Below are positions 42,245 to 50,793 of a stretch of 64,000 bases of DNA, piece by piece (the first letter of the stretch is position 1; each line of letters begins with the position of its first letter). The translations under genes and the position numbers were made by a program. The stretch is taken from positions 98,753-162,752 of the forward strand of contig SVJE01000006.1 of the NCBI GenBank assembly GCA_015069135.1. Direction: 5' to 3'. The notes beneath the pieces are model-generated. The model was not told the origin of the DNA, made no database searches, and saw only the letters and a list, made by a program, of their open reading frames with translations. The DNA comes from Oscillospiraceae bacterium. GTDB taxonomy: Bacteria > Bacillota > Clostridia > UBA1212 > SIG427.

Positions 42245-43163
42245 AAAATATAATTTAAACAAATACAATGGACTTAACAATTGCTTTTTTTCCTCAGCTA
42301 TAACAATATGTGATTATTTTGGTGTGGATGAATGTAAGAAAGGTATAGCTTTGTTGTATCCATATTCTATAGGTAATACAACACCAATTCAGTTATCTGT
42401 AGAGAATAATGGTGAAAATATATCAGAATTACTTAATTTATCATGTGTAAACTATCTGACACGAAATTGCCAAACAAATTTGATTGGGACAATAATTAAT
42501 GATCTTGATGAGAAGAAGCCAGTTATGCTGTATATTGATTGTTTCTATGATTCTATGAGTAAGTTCTCCTTTGGAAGATTTCATTTAAGGCATTATATTA
42601 TTGTTTGTGACTACATAGTTGAAGAAAATAGTTTTTGGATTGTGCAACATGATTATGCAAATGAAAATACATATACGTATAGAAAAATTAGTTTTAAAGA
42701 GCTGGAAAATTGCTATTATGGTGGATTAAAACATTTTAAACAAAAGAAATCTACATATTTTTGGTTTTACAAATCTAATGACAAAGATTTACATACAAAA
42801 AGTATCTCAAATAACAGTCTTTTATATGAATACAAACATTCTACGGATGTTCTAGAACAGTTTTTACAGTTCTTTTTTGTATGTGTAAAGGAAAACGTGT
42901 CTGATGTATATCTTGCCCCCTTTGTAAAGAATTTTAATGAAATTTTGCAGGTGAAGAAAACCCTTGCTACGTTTTATATAAATGAAGTTGGAGAAAGCGA
43001 TAATTTAACTCAAGCTGTATCTAAAATTGCTTATGCATGGGAGCAGCTTTATCAGATCGTAAAGAATGAGTCAAGAACAATTAATGATATAAGCAAAAGT
43101 ATTTCAGACATAATAGGTTGTGAAAGTGGATTATGTATAAAACTTGGAAAATTATTTGAGTGA
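42231..43163 (+). CDS. BtrH-N / C39-like protein
   Basis: NNCFFSS (Cys), KPVMLYIDCFY, FHLRHYIIVCDY (His), IVQHDYANENTY (Asp); start moved to ATG 42231 behind gagga. Confidence 0.7.
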   Translation: MNSYEKYNLNKYNGLNNCFFSSAITICDYFGVDECKKGIALLYPYSIGNTTPIQLSVENNGENISELLNLSCVNYLTRNCQTNLIGTIINDLDEKKPVMLYIDCFYDSMSKFSFGRFHLRHYIIVCDYIVEENSFWIVQHDYANENTYTYRKISFKELENCYYGGLKHFKQKKSTYFWFYKSNDKDLHTKSISNNSLLYEYKHSTDVLEQFLQFFFVCVKENVSDVYLAPFVKNFNEILQVKKTLATFYINEVGESDNLTQAVSKIAYAWEQLYQIVKNESRTINDISKSISDIIGCESGLCIKLGKLFE

Positions 43164-43175
43164 GGAATTTTAAAT

Positions 43176-43859
43176 ATGAATAAAAAATTAATTGTTATAT
43201 TTTTATCTGTTATATTGCTATTTGCCTCTTGCAAAAATACAAAAGACAATATAACTAATAATTCACCTGATAAAACAACAAAAACAAACACAATTGAACC
43301 TAATACTACAGCAAAACCTGTGAAGAGAGATGTGTTTTATTATTTCATTTCTGATGGTGAATTCGCTCAATTGTCAGAAACAGAATATAGTGAAATTGAA
43401 AATCTTTCAGAAGCCGATGTTTTGTCTGTAGTTACAGAATATTACGATAATAAACATTGTAGCATTAAGATTATGTGGTTAAATAGTCCTAGGTACTCAA
43501 AAAAAGTAAATATAAATATTGATAATGTAATTCTGGATTCTGGTACAGGAATTGTTGTGTATGATACAAAGTGTAAAGGCATCTCTAATATATTTGACTT
43601 AAACCATATATATAGAAACAATAGAAGTTATAGTTTTGAAGAATTAGATATTGTGCCAGAGAAAAACGATAGTACAGGTGTTAAATTTGCTGTCAATATT
43701 GAAAAAGGTATATTTTGTCCATATTATATAGGCCCTACCAGGAATGCTGAGTATTTCCAAGAACATACGGTAGAGTGGAACGAGGTGGCATTAAATTATT
43801 ACTGCACTGTTTTTAATAAAAACAAAAATGTAGAGGTAAATATAAGTTCTTTCAAATGA
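43176..43859 (+). CDS. Lipoprotein of unknown function
   Basis: MNKK, hydrophobic core, LFAS-C lipobox, then a T/N-rich linker. Confidence 0.75.
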   Translation: MNKKLIVIFLSVILLFASCKNTKDNITNNSPDKTTKTNTIEPNTTAKPVKRDVFYYFISDGEFAQLSETEYSEIENLSEADVLSVVTEYYDNKHCSIKIMWLNSPRYSKKVNINIDNVILDSGTGIVVYDTKCKGISNIFDLNHIYRNNRSYSFEELDIVPEKNDSTGVKFAVNIEKGIFCPYYIGPTRNAEYFQEHTVEWNEVALNYYCTVFNKNKNVEVNISSFK

Positions 43860-43988
43860 GGTGTGATTTAAGTGTCCAAATATATACTTGTTGTGTCAAA
43901 AAAGTGAAAATGTTCAAAAACCTATTTATTTAATCAAAGTAATAATGTATTGTGATTTTAATAAAAATTACTTTTAGGAGCAGCTTGT

Positions 43989-44921
43989 ATGTACCAGGAA
44001 TTGCAGATTGAAGACTTTATTGATGAAGAAATTAGTATAGATGTACAAAAATTTCTAGGTGAAAATGATATAAGTGAATATTTCAATAAAGAACAATTTC
44101 ATTTAGTTTTTTTGTCAAAAGGTAAATTAAGTGGAAATATAGATAATCGAAAATACAATTTGTATTCTCCTTTAATAATTTGTCTTAGTGATAGAAATGT
44201 AGTTGAAAAGTTTGTATGTGATCGATGGTCTGAAGTTTATATAATTTCTTTTAATCCAATCGTACTTAATCAAAATTTAAATATAGAACATATTTACTAT
44301 AAGACCTATACACAACTATCTGAAAAACATTACTTAAAACAATTAGAGCCTTTTATGGAAAAAGAGGTTTCTCGTAAATGTTTTTCAATTAACCAACAAT
44401 CAGCACAGTCATATCTAAATAGGATTTTGAAACTTGAAAAATATTTAACAGAGAAAAAAGATTCTTTCTGGTACTTTCGTGCAAGAAGTGAATTAGTAGT
44501 GTTGTTATATTTTATTGAAAATATAATGCTTAATTATATGTCAAAAAAACAAAAGGATATTATACCTACAGAATTTGCAAATATTATTAAATATATAGAT
44601 GAACATATATCTGAAACAATTACATTGAAATTTTTATATGATAATTTCTATATTAATGCAAATAAAGTAGAGGAACTATTCAATATACATTACGGAACAA
44701 CCTTTAGAAAGTATATAAGGGAAAAAAGACTGGAAATTGCAAAGGATAAGCTTCGATTTACAAGTTTATCTAATAAAAGTATTGCAAGCCTAATAGGTCT
44801 TTCAACTTCACAAAACTTCTGTAAATTTTTTAAAAGCATGACAGGTACATCACCTGAGGTTTTCAGAAAAGAGCAGGTGGCTGAAAGAAGTGAAGAGCCA
44901 AGGTTAAAGAAACCTGTGTAA
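43989..44921 (+). CDS. AraC-family regulator (paralog 4)
   Basis: Double HTH, GLSTSQNFCKFFKSMTGTSPEVFRKEQ; alignable with paralogs 1 and 2. Confidence 0.88.
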   Translation: MYQELQIEDFIDEEISIDVQKFLGENDISEYFNKEQFHLVFLSKGKLSGNIDNRKYNLYSPLIICLSDRNVVEKFVCDRWSEVYIISFNPIVLNQNLNIEHIYYKTYTQLSEKHYLKQLEPFMEKEVSRKCFSINQQSAQSYLNRILKLEKYLTEKKDSFWYFRARSELVVLLYFIENIMLNYMSKKQKDIIPTEFANIIKYIDEHISETITLKFLYDNFYINANKVEELFNIHYGTTFRKYIREKRLEIAKDKLRFTSLSNKSIASLIGLSTSQNFCKFFKSMTGTSPEVFRKEQVAERSEEPRLKKPV

Positions 44922-45093
44922 AAATGCATGGATTTGACCGTTAATTAGTTGTTTTTTGTAATAGACCTTTTTAGTTAAATATTATAATTAAATTAGACAA
45001 TTTTAAAGTGCTTAAGGTTTAGTAAAATACACAGTTAAACAAAGTTGGACTATTAAAATTTAATTTGGATTCATATAGAAAAAAAGGATTGCT

Positions 45094-46455
45094 ATGTCTA
45101 GAGTGGCTATAATTGGCGAAAATTCAATTGAATACATTGAAAAACTTCTTGAAATTTGGAACGCAGGTGATTGTGCGGTTCTAATTGACAGAAAGACTCC
45201 TTTAGGAACAGCGCATGAAATGATAATGGAAGCAGCTGTGCATAAGTGTTATATAGAAGAACATATATTTAAAAAATGTGAAAACTATTTACCGACAAAT
45301 ATTGAGCTTTCACCATTCAAGTGTACAACACATTCTGCTACAGTTTTAAAAAAAGAAATATATGAAAAGTATAGAGATAATTACAGTAGTAATGAGGCTC
45401 TCGTAATATATAGTTCAGGGACAACCGGTAAATCTAAAGGCATTATTCTTTCTCATTATGCAATCAGTACAAATGCAAATGCGATTATTGACTATATGAA
45501 ACCAAATTGTAATGATTGTATATATATTGTGAAATCGTTGACACATTCATCGACATTAATTGGGGAATTATTAGTAGGCCTTAAATCTAACGCAAAATTA
45601 ATTGTGGCTCCAACAATTGTTCCTCCAAGACACATTGTTGGTAATGTTAAAGAAAAAAAGGCTACCATACTTTGTCTTAATCCTATGCTTCTTTCATTAA
45701 TAAGTGAATATGTTATACAAAATAAATGCCAGTTCTCATTTCTGAAAAAAATTTATGTTAGTGGATCTATTTTGAGTGATAAAACATATGAACGTGCTCA
45801 CTATGCATTCAAAAATATACCTATATATAATGCATATGGTTTATCGGAAGCAGGACCGCGAGTGGCAGTGCAACGGGATGATTGCTGCAAGAATAATTCA
45901 GTAGGTAAGCCAATAAAAGGAGTAGAATTAATACTTGTTGATAAGCAAGGTAGTCCAGTAAAAAAAGGTAGTTGTGGAATCATTCATATAAATACCAAGA
46001 GTCAATTTCTAGGTTATATATCCGGAAATGAAAAACACAAATCATTATATCATGGATGGTTAAATTCAGGAGATGTCGGATATATCGATGAACGAGATGA
46101 GTTACATATTGTAGATAGAGTTGATGATGTCATAGTAATTAATTCACATAAAATATATCCGAGTGATATTGAAAATCAAATTTTGGCTAATCTTCCGTTT
46201 AATGATTGCGCTGTTGTTCCATTCAAAAACGGAAATAGGTGTTATATCGGCTGTTTGTATACGACGAATATTGAAGTTAAAGATATTCGTCGACAGCTTA
46301 TGAACGTTTTGCTCCCTTATGAGATACCTGAAGTTTTTTTCAGAAGTGATTTCATGCCACGAACAATAAATGGAAAAATTTCAAAGAATAATATACAAAA
46401 AATATTGCAAAAAGAAGTGAGAGGAAGAATTAAAGATGGAAATTACAAGCGTTAA
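45094..46455 (+). CDS. Adenylate-forming ligase 2
   Basis: YSSGTTGKSK, YGLSEAGP, SGDVGY, DRVDDVI and NGKI motifs. Confidence 0.9.
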   Translation: MSRVAIIGENSIEYIEKLLEIWNAGDCAVLIDRKTPLGTAHEMIMEAAVHKCYIEEHIFKKCENYLPTNIELSPFKCTTHSATVLKKEIYEKYRDNYSSNEALVIYSSGTTGKSKGIILSHYAISTNANAIIDYMKPNCNDCIYIVKSLTHSSTLIGELLVGLKSNAKLIVAPTIVPPRHIVGNVKEKKATILCLNPMLLSLISEYVIQNKCQFSFLKKIYVSGSILSDKTYERAHYAFKNIPIYNAYGLSEAGPRVAVQRDDCCKNNSVGKPIKGVELILVDKQGSPVKKGSCGIIHINTKSQFLGYISGNEKHKSLYHGWLNSGDVGYIDERDELHIVDRVDDVIVINSHKIYPSDIENQILANLPFNDCAVVPFKNGNRCYIGCLYTTNIEVKDIRRQLMNVLLPYEIPEVFFRSDFMPRTINGKISKNNIQKILQKEVRGRIKDGNYKR

Positions 46456-46732
46456 ATTAGAGTTAATGGTCATACTAATGAGACTTTTTTCTTGCAAAGG
46501 TTTTAATGAAAGTCATTTCGAGTATATGAACTTAATAGAGGATATGGGAATGGATTCTATTAATTTTATTACCCTTATAGTTGAAATTGAAAAAAGATTT
46601 AATATCATAATTCCAGATGATACATTACTTATGGAGAATTTCAAAAGTATAAATGATATTATTTTAATAGTGGAACAACAGATTAATTGTAAATCTAAAA
46701 TTGAAGAGAGGAAAATTAATGCTAAAACTTGA
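46436..46732 (+). CDS. Acyl carrier protein 4
   Basis: MGMDSINFITLIVEIEKRFNI. Confidence 0.85.
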   Translation: MEITSVKLELMVILMRLFSCKGFNESHFEYMNLIEDMGMDSINFITLIVEIEKRFNIIIPDDTLLMENFKSINDIILIVEQQINCKSKIEERKINAKT

Positions 46733-47951
46733 ACACATATTAAAATACATTTCGGAAAACAATGAGTTTTATAAAAATGTTATTAAGAAGTATGAAATAT
46801 CTAATAGCATGGATATATTACAATATCCAATGCTTACAAGAAAGCAACTTCAAGAGCATCGATATAATATGTTTTCAGAAGGATATAAAACTAAATATTT
46901 TTATCAACAACTTAAACGTCAGTCTTCTTCTGGATCATCAGGTGTTCCAGTAAATGTATATTGGGATTATAAAGATTGGTATGCATCAAATCTATCACTG
47001 TGGCGCAAAAGATATCAATGGTATCAGATTTTACCAAGTGATAACTTGATAAAGTTTGAGTTAAATATATTTGATGACAAGGTGAATGGCAGTGATATTT
47101 ATTTTATTCAAAATCCTGAAAACATACTTACTATCAATGTCTCATTACTTTGTTCAGATGAAGCATATTTAAAAGTTGTTGAAGCTATAAACCAGTTTAA
47201 ACCTGTTTGGTTATATGTTCAACCATTTGTACTAAATAAGCTGATTAATATTATTGAAAAATATAATGTAAAAAAACCGGAAAGCTTGAAGCATATTGAG
47301 TTTGTCGGGGAGATATTATCCTCAGATTTAAGAAGAAGAACTGTTGATTTTTTTGGAGTAACTATATCAAATTTATATGGGTCGGAAGAAATGAATGGAA
47401 TTGCATATGAGTGCCCTTGTCATAATATGCACATTCTGGAAGACAATGTTTATGCTGAAGTTTTAAACAAAAATGGATTTGAAATTAGTGGCAGAGGAGA
47501 AGCTGTGATTTCAAATTTAAACAATTATTGTATGCCACTTATTCGATACAATTTGGAAGATCAAATTATTTTAAATGAACATCAAACTTGTGCCTGTGGC
47601 TGTAGCTCTGCAATTATTGATGTAATTATTGGAAGAAGTCGTGAAAGTGTTCTTACAGATAAGGGAGTTGAAATAAATTCGTTTATGTTGGCGGAAGTGA
47701 TTTCTGAAGTAAATAATCAATTTAATGATATTATTAGAGAGTATAGATATACTTTTTTTAAGGCAAAACAGATATTATTATGTGAAATAAGACTTGAATA
47801 TGGGAAAAGTCATTGGTTTTGTAATGTGAAAAGATGTATAAACAATATTTTTATAATAAAATTAGGGAATAATTATATAACTGAAATAGAGGTAAAACTA
47901 GTCGATGCTATTTATAAGAATAAGAAAAGAAAGATTTTGAATATTGTTTGA
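46719..47951 (+). CDS. Phenylacetate-CoA-ligase (PaaK/CapK)-like adenylating enzyme
   Basis: SSSGSSGVP, LYGSEE..IAYECP, MPLIRYNLED and IIGRS motifs. Confidence 0.82.
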   Translation: MLKLEHILKYISENNEFYKNVIKKYEISNSMDILQYPMLTRKQLQEHRYNMFSEGYKTKYFYQQLKRQSSSGSSGVPVNVYWDYKDWYASNLSLWRKRYQWYQILPSDNLIKFELNIFDDKVNGSDIYFIQNPENILTINVSLLCSDEAYLKVVEAINQFKPVWLYVQPFVLNKLINIIEKYNVKKPESLKHIEFVGEILSSDLRRRTVDFFGVTISNLYGSEEMNGIAYECPCHNMHILEDNVYAEVLNKNGFEISGRGEAVISNLNNYCMPLIRYNLEDQIILNEHQTCACGCSSAIIDVIIGRSRESVLTDKGVEINSFMLAEVISEVNNQFNDIIREYRYTFFKAKQILLCEIRLEYGKSHWFCNVKRCINNIFIIKLGNNYITEIEVKLVDAIYKNKKRKILNIV

Positions 47952-47972
47952 TATAATATAAGGAGGATAGGA

Positions 47973-49352
47973 ATGAAAGAAATACCAATGGATTGTCCTG
48001 TGTTTAAAATATTTTACTATAAAGACAATTATTTTTTATATGATACTTATACAAATAGTATATTTAAAATATTGAAATCACATTTTGAAGAATTATATTT
48101 ATTGCAAAATATAGGGATTTCTAATTATGTTAATCTTAATAAATCTACCAAGGAATATAATGATGTTTTACATTTAATTAACAAAGGAATGTTGAAATTT
48201 GGGTTTATTAAAAAAGTAGAACATCCTGAAACATGTAATATAAAATTCCTTCTTGACAGATGTGTAAATGATATTACTTTGCAAGTTACACGTGATTGCA
48301 ATTTTAAATGTCGATACTGTTTGTATGCAAATGATAGTAAAACAGAGAGAAATCATGAAGATATTAATATGTGTTGGGAAACAGCAAAAAAAACTATAGA
48401 TTTTTTGTATCAACATTCTATAGATGTTGATACTGTTAATATTTCTTTTTATGGTGGGGAACCGTTGCTCAACTTTGATTTGATTGTTAAAACAGTCAAT
48501 TATGCTAGTGAAAAATTACAGACTAAAAAAGTGCATTATAATATGACAATTAACGGTTCATTGTTAACGGACAATATTATTAATTTTTTAATATTGCACA
48601 ATTTTGATATTTCAATTAGCCTTGATGGACCCCAAAAAATACAAAATAATCATCGCAAGTTTCTTAGAACGGGTGGTGATACATATGATACGGTAATAAA
48701 AAAAATAAATAGTATAAGACGGTTAAGCGAATCATATTTTATGCAACATGTTTATTTTTTGCCAGTTTATTTAAATGATGAAAATTATCAAGAAGTATAT
48801 GACTTTTTTGAAAAGATTGGAGTAATGAAGGATAAAGTTACACCAATTAAAGCAAATTTAGGAGGCATGGATTATATCCTTAGTGAGTGGAAAATTCATA
48901 ATTTAAATAAAAAAAAGAATGGATTAATTAAGGGTTATACAGAAAATGAGATTTCTAAGATCAATAAGATAATAAATAATAAAAATTTACTTCCTCCGTG
49001 CTGGCATCATAACGGGCAATGTATCCCGGGTGTACAGCGTGTTTTTATAGATGTCTATGGAATTATGTACCCTTGTGAAAAAATCACAGAAAACAAGTCA
49101 TTTTCAATTGGCAATATACAAGAAGGTTTTGATGTTGAACGAATTATAAAGTTTCTTAATGTTGGCAAATTGACAGCAACTGAATGTAAAAAATGTTGGG
49201 CAATGAGATTTTGTGAAGGGTGTATATCTTTATGTAATGATATAGATTTATGTGATATAACACGAGATCGAAAACTGGTCTCGTGTGAAAAACAGAAAGA
49301 AAAAGCTCTATATGATATTAAATCCTTTATTGATAGAACTAGTAAGCTTTGA
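47973..49352 (+). CDS. Radical SAM/SPASM maturase, CcpM-like, with N-terminal RRE-like region
   Basis: TLQVTRDCNFKCRYC, FYGGEPLLN, CIPGVQRVFID..G..YPCEK and CKKCWAMRFCEGC resemble clostridial Cys-rich peptide maturases (recalled as TIGR04068; needs an HMM check). Confidence 0.8.
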   Translation: MKEIPMDCPVFKIFYYKDNYFLYDTYTNSIFKILKSHFEELYLLQNIGISNYVNLNKSTKEYNDVLHLINKGMLKFGFIKKVEHPETCNIKFLLDRCVNDITLQVTRDCNFKCRYCLYANDSKTERNHEDINMCWETAKKTIDFLYQHSIDVDTVNISFYGGEPLLNFDLIVKTVNYASEKLQTKKVHYNMTINGSLLTDNIINFLILHNFDISISLDGPQKIQNNHRKFLRTGGDTYDTVIKKINSIRRLSESYFMQHVYFLPVYLNDENYQEVYDFFEKIGVMKDKVTPIKANLGGMDYILSEWKIHNLNKKKNGLIKGYTENEISKINKIINNKNLLPPCWHHNGQCIPGVQRVFIDVYGIMYPCEKITENKSFSIGNIQEGFDVERIIKFLNVGKLTATECKKCWAMRFCEGCISLCNDIDLCDITRDRKLVSCEKQKEKALYDIKSFIDRTSKL

Positions 49353-49362
49353 GGTAATTAAT

Positions 49363-50289
49363 ATGTGTAAAATATTTTTATGTACAGATTCCTACGCATT
49401 AAGAACATTACATTGTTCTCTTGATTATGTTTTAAATGTAAAAGTTAAAGAAATAATTGTTTTAAAGGAAAATTATAAAAAAGATGAGGTGTGCAAAAGG
49501 CGTTCGGATATTAAAATTACTGTATATGACACGATATATGAATGTATCTTAAATAGCGAATGGACAATTATTGTTTCTAACTCAAATATACCAGCAAAAA
49601 CAATTGATTATATTAAACAGGTATCTCATAATATGAAAAAAGGATACTATTTTATTGAGAATCCTTGGAACTTGGAAAGTGAACTCAATGATAGACTTAT
49701 TTTTTCAATTAAAGGCTCAGAAGTTAGCACTTTGCCAATTATAGCTCAAGTATCTTTAGGAATTTTATCGCAACCTTATTTTACGGAAATTGCTTTAAAC
49801 AAAAAGTTTAGCAAAGAAAATATTAAAGTTCGACAAATTTTTACCGACGAAACTAATAGATTGTTAAATGAATTAAATAAATGTGAACTGTTAAATGGCT
49901 CGTTGTCGAATCAAATTGATAATCGTGTGAAGAATTTTGATATTTTATGCTACTCTATAAATGTTGGAAATGATATATATAGCATTAAGAATTATATTCA
50001 TTTATTCTCAAATTTAAAACCTGATTATTTAATTTTACAAACAGATTTTCGTTTTAATAATTATGATTTAGCAAACCAAATTGTAAAATACTGGTGTTTT
50101 TCTGATTTGGATATAATACTTAAGTCGCATTATACATTGTCAGACCAAAAATATAAGCTATATTGTGATGAGCAGTTATCTTTGAAAGAAAATGTATTAG
50201 ATATAGAATCAGCAGAAGTAGAAGAAAATCTGTTTCGTTCTATTTTTAATAAACTGTCTCTACCAAAGGGGATTTTTAGAATAAGCTAG
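49363..50289 (+). CDS. Peptide maturation system protein, TIGR04066-like (tentative)
   Basis: Follows the CcpM-like gene; LPII...G...EIAL...F..ENIKVRQI pattern; gaggt RBS before ATG 49363. Confidence 0.45.
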   Translation: MCKIFLCTDSYALRTLHCSLDYVLNVKVKEIIVLKENYKKDEVCKRRSDIKITVYDTIYECILNSEWTIIVSNSNIPAKTIDYIKQVSHNMKKGYYFIENPWNLESELNDRLIFSIKGSEVSTLPIIAQVSLGILSQPYFTEIALNKKFSKENIKVRQIFTDETNRLLNELNKCELLNGSLSNQIDNRVKNFDILCYSINVGNDIYSIKNYIHLFSNLKPDYLILQTDFRFNNYDLANQIVKYWCFSDLDIILKSHYTLSDQKYKLYCDEQLSLKENVLDIESAEVEENLFRSIFNKLSLPKGIFRIS

Positions 50290-50318
50290 AAATGTTAAAT
50301 TACTAGTAATAATTATCG

Positions 50319-50588
50319 GTAGTTAGAAAGTGCTGATGTAAAAGAGAAAAAACTAGGGAGGTGAAATAATGATATTTGAAAAAACAACGAGTTTTTCGGG
50401 TGCAACGCCTTTAGCAAAATGTTCTGGTTGCAGTAACAGTGGCGAGCAAGTATTTCAAACAAATTTATCAGGGTTTTTGGCACATAATGCTGGTAGATGT
50501 ACAACAAAAGGTTAATTTTATTTAAATTTATTTACTTATAATGATGTTTTAAGGAAGGATTCCTTTTACATTAGCACTTTCTAACTAC
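50319..50588. repeat. 26-bp inverted repeat pair enclosing a small ORF
   Basis: GTAGTTAGAAAGTGCTGATGTAAAAG (50319-50344) versus CTTTTACATTAGCACTTTCTAACTAC (50563-50588): 25/26 complementary, and the one mismatch is a G-U pair in RNA. Confidence 0.9.
50369..50515 (+). CDS. RiPP precursor peptide candidate 2 (48 aa, absent from the ORF track)
   Basis: GGGAGGTG RBS 7 nt before ATG; MIFEKTTSFSGATPLAKCSGCSNSGEQVFQTNLSGFLAHNAGRCTTKG; directly downstream of the CcpM-like module. Confidence 0.75.
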   Translation: MIFEKTTSFSGATPLAKCSGCSNSGEQVFQTNLSGFLAHNAGRCTTKG

Positions 50589-50793
50589 TGAATAATTAAA
50601 TGTGAAATATTGCACAAAATTATTATTGCTATATAAATATATTAAGTTACACATATTTTATGATGAGATAAATTTTTTCTTTAATCTTGCTTTTTAACTA
50701 TAAATTGATATATTCTGACTTGATTTTATGTAAAAATTGTTGTAATGTGTGAAGTGTTGATTAATAAGTAAAAGCTTTCTGGAGGGATATTAT

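Larger units (their letters stand above)
22680..50760. other. AT-rich accessory region carrying a biosynthetic gene cluster
   Basis: Spot G+C counts: 12/60 (22801-22860) and 7/60 (26881-26940) versus 31/60 (3001-3060). All genes on the + strand. No integrase or att repeat seen, and a higher-GC segment interrupts it at 27.6-31.1 kb. Confidence 0.7.

Noticed and set aside
43872-43907. 11-aa ORF (GTG start) after a GAGGTG
   Set aside because: Very short, no precursor features, and it coincides with the candidate operator repeats.
31327-47951. NRPS/PKS cluster
   Set aside because: No condensation, ketosynthase, acyltransferase or thioesterase motifs; only stand-alone ligases and ACPs.
50313-50507. 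64-aa minus-strand ORF in the track
   Set aside because: Antisense to the RBS-bearing 48-aa ORF and no RBS seen; likely shadow.
50310-50590. CIRCE element (TTAGCACT-like words)
   Set aside because: The half-sites are ~245 bp apart and face outward, not 9 bp apart; not a CIRCE.
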